Of a DNA stretch of 54,057 nucleotides, positions 11,192-20,420 are shown piece by piece. The notes beneath the pieces were generated by a model. That model did not search any database, was not told the DNA's origin, and saw nothing but the letters and a program-made list of their open reading frames with translations. This DNA comes from a virus (taxonomy: Duplodnaviria > Caudoviricetes). The position numbers and the translations under genes are program-made. Numbering within the stretch: the stretch's first letter is position 1; each line of letters opens with the position of its first letter. The DNA lies in the IMG/VR virus record IMGVR_UViG_3300048930_000256, positions 1 through 54,057 of that record; one strand, given 5' to 3'.

Positions 11192-11638
11192 CTACCCTTC
11201 ACTATTAGTTGTCACTGACAGGTCTCCACTGTCGTCAGCTCCTATCGTGAAAGCGGGGGGCGCTTTGTCTTTTGAACCTTTGGTATTTGAGCGAGCGCCA
11301 GCACCGCCAGCGCGTCCAAAGAATTGGGTAAGGTCGCCAACAGGCTTCTTCTCGACAGGCTTGATATTAAGCCCGCCCTCTTCGCCCTTCTTAGCGGCAG
11401 CGATTCTCTTCTTCGCAGAAGCTTTAATCTCAACCATTCTCGGGTCGCCGAAGAATATCTCTTGGTATTCCTTCTCCCATACTTCTGGGTCGATTGTCTG
11501 CATTACCCATTCAATTACCAAGTTGCAGAACCTTCTACACGAAAGCCCCAGCAGGTCTGGTATCTGATGGTAATGCGCCTCTAACCGACAGTATGCGGCT
11601 CTTGTGATACCAACAAGAACCTCTATTTGGTAGGGGGG
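11192..11638 (-). CDS. tail assembly chaperone, -1 frameshift extension (GT-like)
   Basis: The frame of the 11192..11521 ORF stays open upstream to the C-CCC-CCT heptamer (11632-11638), in the -1 frame of the upstream chaperone. Confidence 0.75.
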   Translation of the reverse strand, partial: PPYQIEVLVGITRAAYCRLEAHYHQIPDLLGLSCRRFCNLVIEWVMQTIDPEVWEKEYQEIFFGDPRMVEIKASAKKRIAAAKKGEEGGLNIKPVEKKPVGDLTQFFGRAGGAGARSNTKGSKDKAPPAFTIGADDSGDLSVTTNSEG

Positions 11639-12027
11639 CGGCCTGATACCGCCTCTACAATGTCAGAGAGAACTTGTGAGATAAACTCTGCGTCTGCTGG
11701 GATTTCAGCAGATGTATCCATGAGAGCAGCAACGAAGTCGTCGCCATCTTTGCCAATGAAGGCAGAGCGGATTGCGCTAACGAACTCACGCATATCAACG
11801 TCATCGCCGTCTTGGATTTGGCCAGAATGAACCAAGAAGGCTGCTGGCATTGGAGTGACAAGCTTGTATTCCTTACCACGGAACGAATACACAAGCTCTT
11901 CTCCCCGAGCTTTGAGGTATCGTTCACGAAGAGCGTTTTCAGCGTCAGCGCCCACAACTCGCCGTGGAACTGCTGGAACTACTGGTGCAACGCCTAGAAC
12001 TGGTTGGCCTACTGCTTCCTCTGTCAT
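11623..12027 (-). CDS. tail assembly chaperone (G-like)
   Basis: 134 aa ending SGRPPTK, upstream of the tape measure, with a slippery site just before the stop. Confidence 0.8.
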   Translation of the reverse strand: MTEEAVGQPVLGVAPVVPAVPRRVVGADAENALRERYLKARGEELVYSFRGKEYKLVTPMPAAFLVHSGQIQDGDDVDMREFVSAIRSAFIGKDGDDFVAALMDTSAEIPADAEFISQVLSDIVEAVSGRPPTK

Positions 12028-12036
12028 TACTTCCCC

Positions 12037-12945
12037 CTACATGTATTTTGCGGCTACTTCTCTCAGTGCCCGCCTGAGTATATCATATCCGTTGTATTTG
12101 CTTGTGGATTTGGCACCGAGATAATACTTGCCGTTCTCGCCTCTCATCATATACCCTTTTCGCTTAATTCTAAAAGGCCGGCTGTCGCGCATCCTCCCGC
12201 GCCTGTCTTTCCATGTAAATCTTTTTGAGTATCCGCGCCTCTGGTCTACAATCTGGCCACCCCTACTCTTCGTGCTTGAACGCTTTCCAGCAACTCCTCC
12301 CGACAATTTCAATGGGTCAAACTTTCCAGAAACCTGCCTGCGCTTCTTAGCCTCTGGGTCTCTACGGAAATACCTAGCCTGTGCAGATGCGGCGGCCTGA
12401 TATTCCTTGCTGGCAGAAACCCATCCCTTAGCCCGCTTCTGTGAAGCTGTATAGCTTTTGTTCATCGCGTTTATACGCTTCGCGTTAGCGACTGATATCG
12501 GGATATGGAATGGCTTCTTTCGTGCCGGAACCTTGGCACCTTCAGCCCCAGTGCCGCGCTCAACCTTGTTCGCAGACGGAGCAAGGTTATACACAGCAAC
12601 TCTCGTGTTCGACCCCTTGCCAGTGACAATAGCATTTGTAAATGATGACTGGTACTGTCTATCCCCTGCTCGCTCCCTGCGGAAAGCGTATGTTGGCCTA
12701 GGTGTGACCCTTCCGCCAACCTTCCTCGCCCTAAGCAGGCCGCCCTTGTTCCTTGGCCTGCGAGGATTCTCTGACGCTAAACCCTCAGCGGTTTCTGAGA
12801 TGAGATTACCAATCTCTACAAGGTCTACTCTTACCCTGCGCGTCTTCTGAAGCTTAGTGACGCCAGCAGTTCCCCTGCCACCAACAGTGACTTCACGGTA
12901 GACAGTAGCCTTAAAGTTCCTCGATGCTATAAATCTGTTCCCCAC
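12037..12945 (-). CDS. highly basic neck/tail-completion protein (HK97 gp10-like position)
   Basis: ANKVERGTG and C-terminal ILRRALREV resemble gp10-type motifs; very Arg/Lys-rich; lies between the terminator-like gene and the chaperone. Confidence 0.5.
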   Translation of the reverse strand: MGNRFIASRNFKATVYREVTVGGRGTAGVTKLQKTRRVRVDLVEIGNLISETAEGLASENPRRPRNKGGLLRARKVGGRVTPRPTYAFRRERAGDRQYQSSFTNAIVTGKGSNTRVAVYNLAPSANKVERGTGAEGAKVPARKKPFHIPISVANAKRINAMNKSYTASQKRAKGWVSASKEYQAAASAQARYFRRDPEAKKRRQVSGKFDPLKLSGGVAGKRSSTKSRGGQIVDQRRGYSKRFTWKDRRGRMRDSRPFRIKRKGYMMRGENGKYYLGAKSTSKYNGYDILRRALREVAAKYM

Positions 12946-12954
12946 TACGGCCTC

Positions 12955-13422
12955 CTAGCAGCATGAGTGGTGACGAGTAAAGGCAATTTCTATCGTAGCT
13001 CCATAGCAGCCGCCTGAAGCAGCCCTGTCAAGCATACCGCCGCTAACAGCGACCTCTTGACCAGTCCTAACATAATCCTTCAGCACTTCATATATGTTGC
13101 ACATGACACATTCAAGCATGGTCTCAAAGTCTTTGATGAAGCAGCGGGCATCCTCGTCTTCAAGGATTGGGTCGAAGTCTTCCCCGAGATTCTTTAGACA
13201 GCACCTATTCATAGAGATGGTGAAGTTCTCACGCACCTTCATCAAACACTTCTCGCTACCACCAAGCATTGTTGAGCCATTCCAGTATGCAGCAATGTGT
13301 GAGCAATCTGCCGGCGGCTCTCCGGGTGATACGAAGACATCATAGGGGCAGCCATTGTCAGCGTTCTCGATACAATCAGATGCAACTGCGAGCAGGTCAG
13401 CTAGGAAAGAGTACCTGTCCAT
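12955..13422 (-). CDS. probable tail terminator, Cys-rich
   Basis: 155 aa with 12 Cys; position after the head-tail adaptor; C-terminal GGCYG. Confidence 0.55.
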   Translation of the reverse strand: MDRYSFLADLLAVASDCIENADNGCPYDVFVSPGEPPADCSHIAAYWNGSTMLGGSEKCLMKVRENFTISMNRCCLKNLGEDFDPILEDEDARCFIKDFETMLECVMCNIYEVLKDYVRTGQEVAVSGGMLDRAASGGCYGATIEIAFTRHHSCC

Positions 13423-14180
13423 TAGCCATGCCTCACATTGCGAGTTGAGCGCAATGCGTCAAACATTCTGGCCTTTCGGCAGCGCCCATGAACAGTAAGA
13501 GCGTGGTCGATAATTGGGTTGCCAGTAAGACCTTGCGCGAGAAGCTGTACCACATCATGCACTTCTATATCTACGCCGCGTCTGGCAACACTACGAACGT
13601 GCGCTGGAAGAGCGCAATTGTTTCCACCATTACAAGCTTTCTTCAACTCACAGACAAGCTCGGCGCAGGCCATCTTCAGCTCAACAGGAGGCTCACGGCC
13701 AGTCGCGTACGAAACAACAACCTCTTCAGAAGCAGAACCGCTACTAAGCGGAAGTCCAAGATTGTTCGATGTCGGCCACGGAAGCCCGTCAGTCTTGACT
13801 ACCCGAGCGTTCTCATCGAGGCGGTACAGTGAAGAGTCAAGCTCAACGCCGTTAATTGTCACGCTCTCCACAGAAAGAATCGGGAAGTCGCTGGTTAGCT
13901 CGATAGCGTAGTATGCGCCGCAGCCACAAGGGTTGCGATTACATGAGCAGCAATCAAGACACGGGTAAATAACCTGTTCACAAACGCCCGGATACCGATA
14001 GCATGTACGAGCATAGAGAAGATTTGATGCTGCAAGTATGAGCTGTTCGTCAGTCCATTTGAATACGAGGGAGCTGCTTTCACCATCACAATCGATGGAT
14101 TCAGCCTCCCCCTCGCAACATAAATCAGATGGTTCAATCCAGCCAGCACCACAAACAGTTTTAGGGTCGCGGTAGGCCAC
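13422..14180 (-). CDS. head-to-tail adaptor, Cys-rich
   Basis: 252 aa with about 17 Cys; motifs ASNLLYART, VESVTING, CALPAHVRSVARRGV and TGNPIID, as in cluster-B-type adaptors. Confidence 0.75.
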   Translation of the reverse strand: MAYRDPKTVCGAGWIEPSDLCCEGEAESIDCDGESSSLVFKWTDEQLILAASNLLYARTCYRYPGVCEQVIYPCLDCCSCNRNPCGCGAYYAIELTSDFPILSVESVTINGVELDSSLYRLDENARVVKTDGLPWPTSNNLGLPLSSGSASEEVVVSYATGREPPVELKMACAELVCELKKACNGGNNCALPAHVRSVARRGVDIEVHDVVQLLAQGLTGNPIIDHALTVHGRCRKARMFDALRSTRNVRHG

Positions 14181-14192
14181 ATTGACCCCCTA

Positions 14193-14870
14193 CTAGTCTT
14201 GTGCTGGAACTGTCACGAATCCGCATGTTCCTTCAAGAGTCTCAGTGATAGAGTCATCGAAGAACTCCATGTAGTGAGACTGTGTACCAGCAGGAACAGT
14301 AGCGAAATCGTAAGGGCTGTCGTTGAAAGGACCGTCTGCCCAGTTAGCAATCTCGGCTGGTGATGTTCGCCCTTCAAACTTGACGATTCGGAATGGGTCT
14401 TCCTTCTCATCTGTTGGAAGCTTGAATCGAACTTTTGGCAATACGATTCGGCGATACTTATGGTCAGCTTCGCAGCTTTCATCAGGTACAGTCTCGAACA
14501 GCTCAACGCTAATCCAAGGAAGGCAGTTGAGTCCTTCTACTTGATACCAACCGATGTTCTCAGAACCGTTGTTGATGAGCGTCTGGCCAGTAAGAAGATT
14601 GGTCAGCTCATAGTCTGGGTTGAGAAGTTCAAACTCAATGTTGATGTCTTTGAGTTCATCACACTTCTTGGTTTGCCAGCACTTCTTGCCGCCCTCGTTT
14701 TTCAGTACGGTTTCATCTCCGTCCTCAATGTTCTTTGTCATTACAACATTGCGGAAGCAGTTGAAGATGTATCCGTTGGTTGCTCCTGCAAGTGGAGCGT
14801 CAGAACATTCATCGACAAGCGCAATACGAATTGCGTCAATGTGTCCTGCTGGCAAACATACCTGTGTCAT
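14193..14870 (-). CDS. major tail (tube) protein
   Basis: 225 aa; RIALVDEC, EDGDE..KN..GKKC and DYELTNLLTG resemble actinophage tail-tube proteins; has its own promoter and RBS. Confidence 0.8.
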   Translation of the reverse strand: MTQVCLPAGHIDAIRIALVDECSDAPLAGATNGYIFNCFRNVVMTKNIEDGDETVLKNEGGKKCWQTKKCDELKDINIEFELLNPDYELTNLLTGQTLINNGSENIGWYQVEGLNCLPWISVELFETVPDESCEADHKYRRIVLPKVRFKLPTDEKEDPFRIVKFEGRTSPAEIANWADGPFNDSPYDFATVPAGTQSHYMEFFDDSITETLEGTCGFVTVPAQD

Positions 14871-14899
14871 TATCTTTCCCCCTAGAAAGCATATTTGGC

Positions 14900-14914
14900 T
14901 TCATTCAGAGTATA
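14900..14914 (-). promoter_or_regulatory. late promoter motif TATACTCTGAATGAA
   Basis: TATACT -10 hexamer plus downstream bases, 14/15 identical to the element upstream of the major capsid gene. Confidence 0.65.
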
Positions 14915-14929
14915 GCCGTGAATGATGGG

Positions 14930-15277
14930 CTACTCTGCTGCGTCGCCCTCTTGCTCCGCCTCTTCTTTACTAACCTCTTTTACCGAGAGGACTTTAGATG
15001 TTCCGAGTGGCAATATAAGATGCTCAGAGCCGACAGAAAATGTTTCTGTGCCACCAGTTGTCTCAACCTCATACTTATGTCCGGCAGCTAGGACAAGGAT
15101 TTCCCTGCCGCCATGCTTGATAACATCGCTCGCAGCCCCCGTAAGCTTCTTGGCAGAACCTTTCGGCGTGTAGCCAATAGACTTGTCCTTGCCACCAGCA
15201 GAGAAACTGGTATTCATATTACCTTTGCCCGGGATAACGACGTGAGCGCCTCCCTTGTAAAATCCAAGAACTTTCAT
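14930..15277 (-). CDS. hypothetical protein (head/neck module)
   Basis: 115-aa ORF with AGGAG RBS, packed in the operon. Confidence 0.7.
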   Translation of the reverse strand: MKVLGFYKGGAHVVIPGKGNMNTSFSAGGKDKSIGYTPKGSAKKLTGAASDVIKHGGREILVLAAGHKYEVETTGGTETFSVGSEHLILPLGTSKVLSVKEVSKEEAEQEGDAAE

Positions 15278-15278
15278 G

Positions 15279-15494
15279 CTACTCCTGTCCTAGTATGGTT
15301 TCGCCGATGCTTCGAGCGCTGTAGCCAGTTCTATGTGCAAATAGCCTAGGAACGGGCACAACCACTACATGATGCCCCTCATTGGCATTAGCGTGGATTT
15401 CCTTTGTCGCTTCTGCTACAGCAGCATCTCTTTGCCGCATAGCAACCTCGCCACATTGAGCGCACAGCGTATCGTAAAAAGCTATTTGAGACAT
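15279..15494 (-). CDS. hypothetical protein (CxxC)
   Basis: ATG 15494 overlaps the upstream TAA; GGAGGG RBS. Confidence 0.6.
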   Translation of the reverse strand: MSQIAFYDTLCAQCGEVAMRQRDAAVAEATKEIHANANEGHHVVVVPVPRLFAHRTGYSARSIGETILGQE

Positions 15495-16669
15495 TAGACC
15501 CTCCACCAAGCGCCCTGCGCTCCGACGAGTTTTACAGACTCATACGGAGTGAGTCCGATATTAATTGTTAAAGCGTTGTCAATCAATGATGCGTCGATGG
15601 TATCAACAGTGACAGTACCTGTAGCGCCATTAACCTCTTTGAGAATTACAACATCTCCGTCGCCGCTGACCTCTGGTATTGTGATTGTGAACGGAGCGGC
15701 GGCAGCGTCATACAAAACAATTGTGCCAGCATCAGTAAGAACCGTGTTGGCAGACACTACGCCTTCTACATTGTAGATTACCCGCTCTGGAAGCTCTATT
15801 GCTGGGGAGGCGGCAAGTTCATCGATGGCAGCCTGAACGTCATCTGCAACAAGACCGCTGACAACATTGCTATAGCGCAGGGCAGATGCGTCTGTAAAGA
15901 ACTGGTCAAATACTCCTCCGCCCATCTGCGGCTGAAGTATGCCCTCATTTAGATTGATAACAACACTCTGGATGAGGCGAACAAGTGTTGTTGCAGAGCT
16001 TACAAAAACATCATCAGCAAGGCTCGGTGTGTTGCCGCTCATGCTGTATGCAAGGAATCCAGCAAACCCGTCTTCTATTTCAACAACGGGGACGCCTCCG
16101 TATATTCCAACCTGAGTTGTGCTTGCTATTGCCGAGCCATCGGTGACGCCTATGACAAAAAATGAAGTTGTATTTGGAACAAATATAAATGGAGCGTTCG
16201 TGCTGGATATAGCACTGGCCCTTGCAATTGCGATAACCGTGTTCTCTGCAATGTAAATAGGAGAGCTGCTGCTAGACCAGAAAATGATGCCCTGCGTAAT
16301 AACGCAGTTCACCATGCTTGTTATAGTCACACCATCAGTGAACTCGACCGGCATACTGAACGGGTTGCCGTTGCCAAGGAATGTGATATTGCTGAAATCC
16401 CACGCACCGGCAGGAACAGTCTCTGGCTGTTCGATAAGCACAGACTTCGGCCCTTCCACAAGAGCCATCGCGTCAAACATGTCCTGCCAGTTGTTATACC
16501 TGTTGCCCTGCTGTGTGCCAGAAGAGTTATAGATATATGTGACGTATGGGGCGCTTCCCCAAACCGCATCGCCATTCGTATCAGTGATGAGTATTTGTAG
16601 CGGGTCTCCGCCTTCAGGAAGCCCGCCTCCGCCGTTAGAACAGGAGCATGGAGGAACAACAGCCATCAC
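15494..16669 (-). CDS. fibre-like protein in the head module (possible capsid fibre/decoration)
   Basis: GGDPLQIL..NGDAVW and SGLVADDVQAAIDEL fibre-type motifs; beta-rich central region. Confidence 0.6.
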   Translation of the reverse strand: MMAVVPPCSCSNGGGGLPEGGDPLQILITDTNGDAVWGSAPYVTYIYNSSGTQQGNRYNNWQDMFDAMALVEGPKSVLIEQPETVPAGAWDFSNITFLGNGNPFSMPVEFTDGVTITSMVNCVITQGIIFWSSSSSPIYIAENTVIAIARASAISSTNAPFIFVPNTTSFFVIGVTDGSAIASTTQVGIYGGVPVVEIEDGFAGFLAYSMSGNTPSLADDVFVSSATTLVRLIQSVVINLNEGILQPQMGGGVFDQFFTDASALRYSNVVSGLVADDVQAAIDELAASPAIELPERVIYNVEGVVSANTVLTDAGTIVLYDAAAAPFTITIPEVSGDGDVVILKEVNGATGTVTVDTIDASLIDNALTINIGLTPYESVKLVGAQGAWWRV

Positions 16670-16675
16670 AACCCC

Positions 16676-17461
16676 CTAACAAAGCTCAGTGAGAATTGCG
16701 AAGGAGCAGCAAGGGTCGAACCTAAGAATAGCGAGCCTTTCAAGAAGGACAATCTGCTCATTCTGGATATGCTCAAAATTAGCGATGTCGAACTGCTCGG
16801 CAACCGCATACTCCACTGGTCCGGTAGCATACAAATATGCCTGCCCATCAGTAGGCTCTGCGCCGCCAGTAGGAGCCTCGTTCGGGTAATCATCAACGAT
16901 GAGCTTGTGCCCACCGATACGATACCCCTCGCCGTCAAACTTTACCAAATCATTCTTCATCAAGAATGGGAGCGCCACTCTAGGGGCGTGAATCCAAACT
17001 CCTCCGCCGCCGCAATCATCAGATGCAGAGAGTAGGCCAGCAACGCTACCAGCAATACAAGCAGGAGTGTCAGGCGTAATATCAGTAGCAGACGAAACAA
17101 TGTCTGGGTTTCCAACATTCACATCAGAGAGAACAAGTTCATGCGCAAGTGAGCGGGAAAGCCCACGGGTCAAAGCGTTCTGCGCAAGCAGACGAAGCTC
17201 TGCCTCATCAGGAGCGCCGCTACAACGAAAACCGCTATATATGAGGAATGGGTCGAACTCTGTCGGCTCACCCTTATCAATGATGTTCTGCTTGTCCTCC
17301 CCATACGAACAGCCCCAGCGGTCAGCGCCGCCACAGCTAGGCGTAAAGGTCACACCACCAGACCAGTCGTATCCCGACGGTAGCTCCCGAGCGGCATCAG
17401 CGAGACCGCCCGGGGCTACGTCAGGAAGAATAGGTGGAAGGTACTTGTTAGTGACAGTCAC
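16676..17461 (-). CDS. second capsid protein (pentamer-type, Rosebush-like)
   Basis: 261 aa directly after the large capsid gene; FDPFLIY..C, IHAP, YATGPV and N....ER motifs. Confidence 0.7.
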   Translation of the reverse strand: MTVTNKYLPPILPDVAPGGLADAARELPSGYDWSGGVTFTPSCGGADRWGCSYGEDKQNIIDKGEPTEFDPFLIYSGFRCSGAPDEAELRLLAQNALTRGLSRSLAHELVLSDVNVGNPDIVSSATDITPDTPACIAGSVAGLLSASDDCGGGGVWIHAPRVALPFLMKNDLVKFDGEGYRIGGHKLIVDDYPNEAPTGGAEPTDGQAYLYATGPVEYAVAEQFDIANFEHIQNEQIVLLERLAILRFDPCCSFAILTELC

Positions 17462-17474
17462 CTAAGAACCGCCC

Positions 17475-19085
17475 TTAGCAAGCTTCTGGCTCTACGAGAG
17501 CTGTTGAGCCGCCAGTACCAGCGCCTGTGAGTTCGAGTGTGAAGCTCGGCACTTCTGGAACCATCTTCTCAAGGAACTCATGTCCTTCAAGGAAGTATTG
17601 CACTTGGTTCTGGAGAGTAAGAGCCGCGTCACGCTGGAAGCCAGCCTCAACAAGAACGCTCTCGCCTCGTGTGTACGCATTGACAGGAACGATGTTAAGC
17701 GTCCATGTGCCGATTGCGGTACAAGGGTCGAAGGCTACAGTGCTGCCCGGGTCTACATAGAGACCAGCAGCGGCAAGATAGTCAGCTTCTGCGGTGACAT
17801 CGGCATCCATTGCCTGTACGATTTGACCAACGCCAAGCTCTCGGAGCTGTGCTTCGATTGCAGCGCGGTTAGCGCCACGAGAGAAGCCGCGTCGATGTTC
17901 GTCAGCGATAAGCGCTTCCATCATTCCGGGAGGAAGGATGAGAGCGTAGTCGCCCCAGTTGATGCGGGTGCCGTAGCCTGCAACAGCCACAAGATGACCG
18001 AGTACAGCTTCAAGCTGGTTAAGCAGGCCAACGCCGTTGCCAAGGCCATAGGTAAGAACCGTGCTGTCTGCGCGAAGCGTGTTGAGCAGTTCTTGCTCTG
18101 CGGTTCGTGCGTACACGATTCCAAGCTTTGTGATGAAGTCATCAATAAGCTCTGGATGGCTGATTTGCTGGAAGATAGAATGGCGACCAGCAGCAACGAT
18201 TGCGTATGGGTCTACCTGTGTTGGCTCTTGGCAGGTAAGGTCTACATACGGCTTCCATGTTGATGGCGTGTCAGCTTCAACAGCAGCTTGGTCTACACAC
18301 GTCCACTTGGTCACGCCGGCAGCTACGTCTGCGAGCGCAAGGCCCTTGACATAGTTGAATGGACCTTGTACTGGAACAGCGCGGAAGAGGCTGGCAACAG
18401 GGCGAGCATCTTCACCAACAGAGCGAATTGTCTTGTCAGTCTCGAACGGGCCGCAATAACAAGCTGCTTGGATTGGCGATGCAAGAACAGCACCTTTCTC
18501 TGCTGCCTGCGACATGATGATTGTGTTCTCAATCGCGCTGTTGCGACCAGATACAATCTTCTGCCCAGCAATCTCTCGGTTGATGTTAGCGAATGAATAC
18601 CGCCCATCACCACTCTTAGAAGCTAGTCGGTGAACTCGCTCCCAGTCAGAGACTTCCATCTTCGAGCCGACGCTCATTCCGTAAGACGAGCTGGAAGCAA
18701 TGATTGTCAATGCTGGACCTTCGCCACCGCCATCGAGGTTCTGCTTTTTTGGTGCAGCGCTCTGCACGGCAGCAGCAATCGCCTCTGGCTCTGGGGTTTC
18801 GGCTGGTGCCTCTTCCTTAGCTGGCTCTTCAGCAGGAGCTTCAACTTCAGCAGGAGCTTCCACTTCTTCAGCGGGAGCCTCTTCTTCAGCAGCCTTTGGA
18901 GCTTCTGGAGCTTCAGCGGTCAGCTCTGCTACGAGCTTTGCGTCTTCAATCTTTGCTTCGAGTGCGATGCGCTCATCTCGAAGTGCGCGAAGCTCTGCTC
19001 GCCCATCTTCATCGATAACGTCTAGCTTGGCGATTTCACCAGCTCGCGCTCGGATTTCTTCCATTCGTTTTAGTAGCTCTTCCAC
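17475..19085 (-). CDS. major capsid (hexamer-type) protein with N-terminal scaffold-like region
   Basis: 536 aa; N-terminal coiled coil and EAPAEE linker, then AACYCGP.ET, Q..HPELI and ARTAE motifs; follows the protease. Confidence 0.8.
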   Translation of the reverse strand: MEELLKRMEEIRARAGEIAKLDVIDEDGRAELRALRDERIALEAKIEDAKLVAELTAEAPEAPKAAEEEAPAEEVEAPAEVEAPAEEPAKEEAPAETPEPEAIAAAVQSAAPKKQNLDGGGEGPALTIIASSSSYGMSVGSKMEVSDWERVHRLASKSGDGRYSFANINREIAGQKIVSGRNSAIENTIIMSQAAEKGAVLASPIQAACYCGPFETDKTIRSVGEDARPVASLFRAVPVQGPFNYVKGLALADVAAGVTKWTCVDQAAVEADTPSTWKPYVDLTCQEPTQVDPYAIVAAGRHSIFQQISHPELIDDFITKLGIVYARTAEQELLNTLRADSTVLTYGLGNGVGLLNQLEAVLGHLVAVAGYGTRINWGDYALILPPGMMEALIADEHRRGFSRGANRAAIEAQLRELGVGQIVQAMDADVTAEADYLAAAGLYVDPGSTVAFDPCTAIGTWTLNIVPVNAYTRGESVLVEAGFQRDAALTLQNQVQYFLEGHEFLEKMVPEVPSFTLELTGAGTGGSTALVEPEAC

Positions 19086-19117
19086 CGAAGTCTCCCCTTT
19101 TGTTTACGGCGTTGCGA

Positions 19118-19132
19118 TTCGTTCAGAGTATA
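19118..19132 (-). promoter_or_regulatory. late promoter motif TATACTCTGAACGAA
   Basis: Matches the element upstream of the major tail gene; GGGGAG RBS downstream. Confidence 0.65.
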
Positions 19133-19157
19133 AGCACGAATCTTTTATCGTTGTTGT

Positions 19158-20411
19158 TTATTCGGACAAAATAGCAGCGGTTCGCGCAGCGACAAGAGTG
19201 GCGACAGCTTCCTCTAGCGCGGCGATACGAACAACAGCATCGTCAATCTTTGCCATTACAGCTTCGTCCATGCCACCTTCTTTTCCGCCCATATCGGCAG
19301 AAGCGGTAATGTTGGCACCATCACAGTCACAGGCTGAAGCTTCAACCTTTCCGCATGGGCACTTCTCTTCCGCTTTTTGACAGTCGCATGGCGCAGAGCC
19401 ACAAGTTGTTTCTGGCATGGTATCCCCCTGTTGCTTTTCAGTCACAGCATACATCGCAAGTATATTGCCATTAACATCCATAGCGGTAGCTGCAATGGAA
19501 CCTTTTTCTGCGCGGGTCATGACCCCTTCGGCCCATGACTGTCCAGCATCTCCACCCCACAGCTCCCACGCTACTTCACCCGGAGTCGGCTTATCGTCTT
19601 CACGGTTCTTTGCCGAGCGGTCTACGCTGTGCCGAGCAAACCATGCCCGCATACGGGTCAGCTTGTCTAGCGATTGCTTCTCGCCAGAAGCCATGCTCTT
19701 CGCTTCTGATACAGTCTTTGGCCTAAGCCCAGCCCCAGAGTGCCCCTCTTCGTGCCATTTAAGTCCACGCTTTACGGCTTCGACAACGCCAGCCGGCGGT
19801 GAGAATGTTTCTCCAGAGCTGATACTCGCAGCTATGTTCTGCATCTGCCCGCTTGTCAGTGACACGTCGCCAGCGTTCGCCATCGGATAGCCGGGAATGT
19901 TCACGAAGCAGGCTCCAGCAAAGTCATAGCCGGATTCGCTTTCTCGCCACGAGCCTAGCCACCTCCAGTCGCCAGAGATGGGACTTGCGCGAATCTTTGC
20001 AATATCGAGTTCGTTCACGTCTGGCCAGAGTGCGCCGGCAAACCATAATCCCTTATCATCTTCGCCATAGCGAACCCGCATTAGCTGGGTATTGGTATTC
20101 TCATAGAATGATGGGACAGCAGCGTTCGCCTCATCAAGCGATGCGTGTCCAGCACCGCCACCGATATTCGCTGTGGCAATTATCGTTCCGTCTTCCAGCT
20201 CTGTCTCGCCTTGATGCGCGTAGCCGTAATCAGACGGAGAACCCTTTGGTGGGCGTAGGCAACCTTCGAGTCCAGAGTGGCACGTATCCCATAACGCTAT
20301 GTATCCATAGACTCGGCCATCTGCGGTGATTGTGATGCGGCGGTCTGTTGGTATCTCTTCTGGTGGAGAGAACCATTCGGCTGGTGGTTTGATTGGGATA
20401 TCCATACCCAT
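19158..20411 (-). CDS. capsid maturation protease with an extra internal domain
   Basis: GRVYGYIALWDTCH, GED..GLWFAG and SGDWR motifs; between portal and capsid. The true start may be a leaderless ATG at 20405. Confidence 0.8.
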   Translation of the reverse strand: MGMDIPIKPPAEWFSPPEEIPTDRRITITADGRVYGYIALWDTCHSGLEGCLRPPKGSPSDYGYAHQGETELEDGTIIATANIGGGAGHASLDEANAAVPSFYENTNTQLMRVRYGEDDKGLWFAGALWPDVNELDIAKIRASPISGDWRWLGSWRESESGYDFAGACFVNIPGYPMANAGDVSLTSGQMQNIAASISSGETFSPPAGVVEAVKRGLKWHEEGHSGAGLRPKTVSEAKSMASGEKQSLDKLTRMRAWFARHSVDRSAKNREDDKPTPGEVAWELWGGDAGQSWAEGVMTRAEKGSIAATAMDVNGNILAMYAVTEKQQGDTMPETTCGSAPCDCQKAEEKCPCGKVEASACDCDGANITASADMGGKEGGMDEAVMAKIDDAVVRIAALEEAVATLVAARTAAILSE

Positions 20412-20420
20412 AGAATAACC

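Noticed and set aside
18790-18915. GCTTC/GGAGC-rich tandem repeats
   Set aside because: They simply encode the EAPAEE low-complexity linker of the capsid protein's scaffold-like region.
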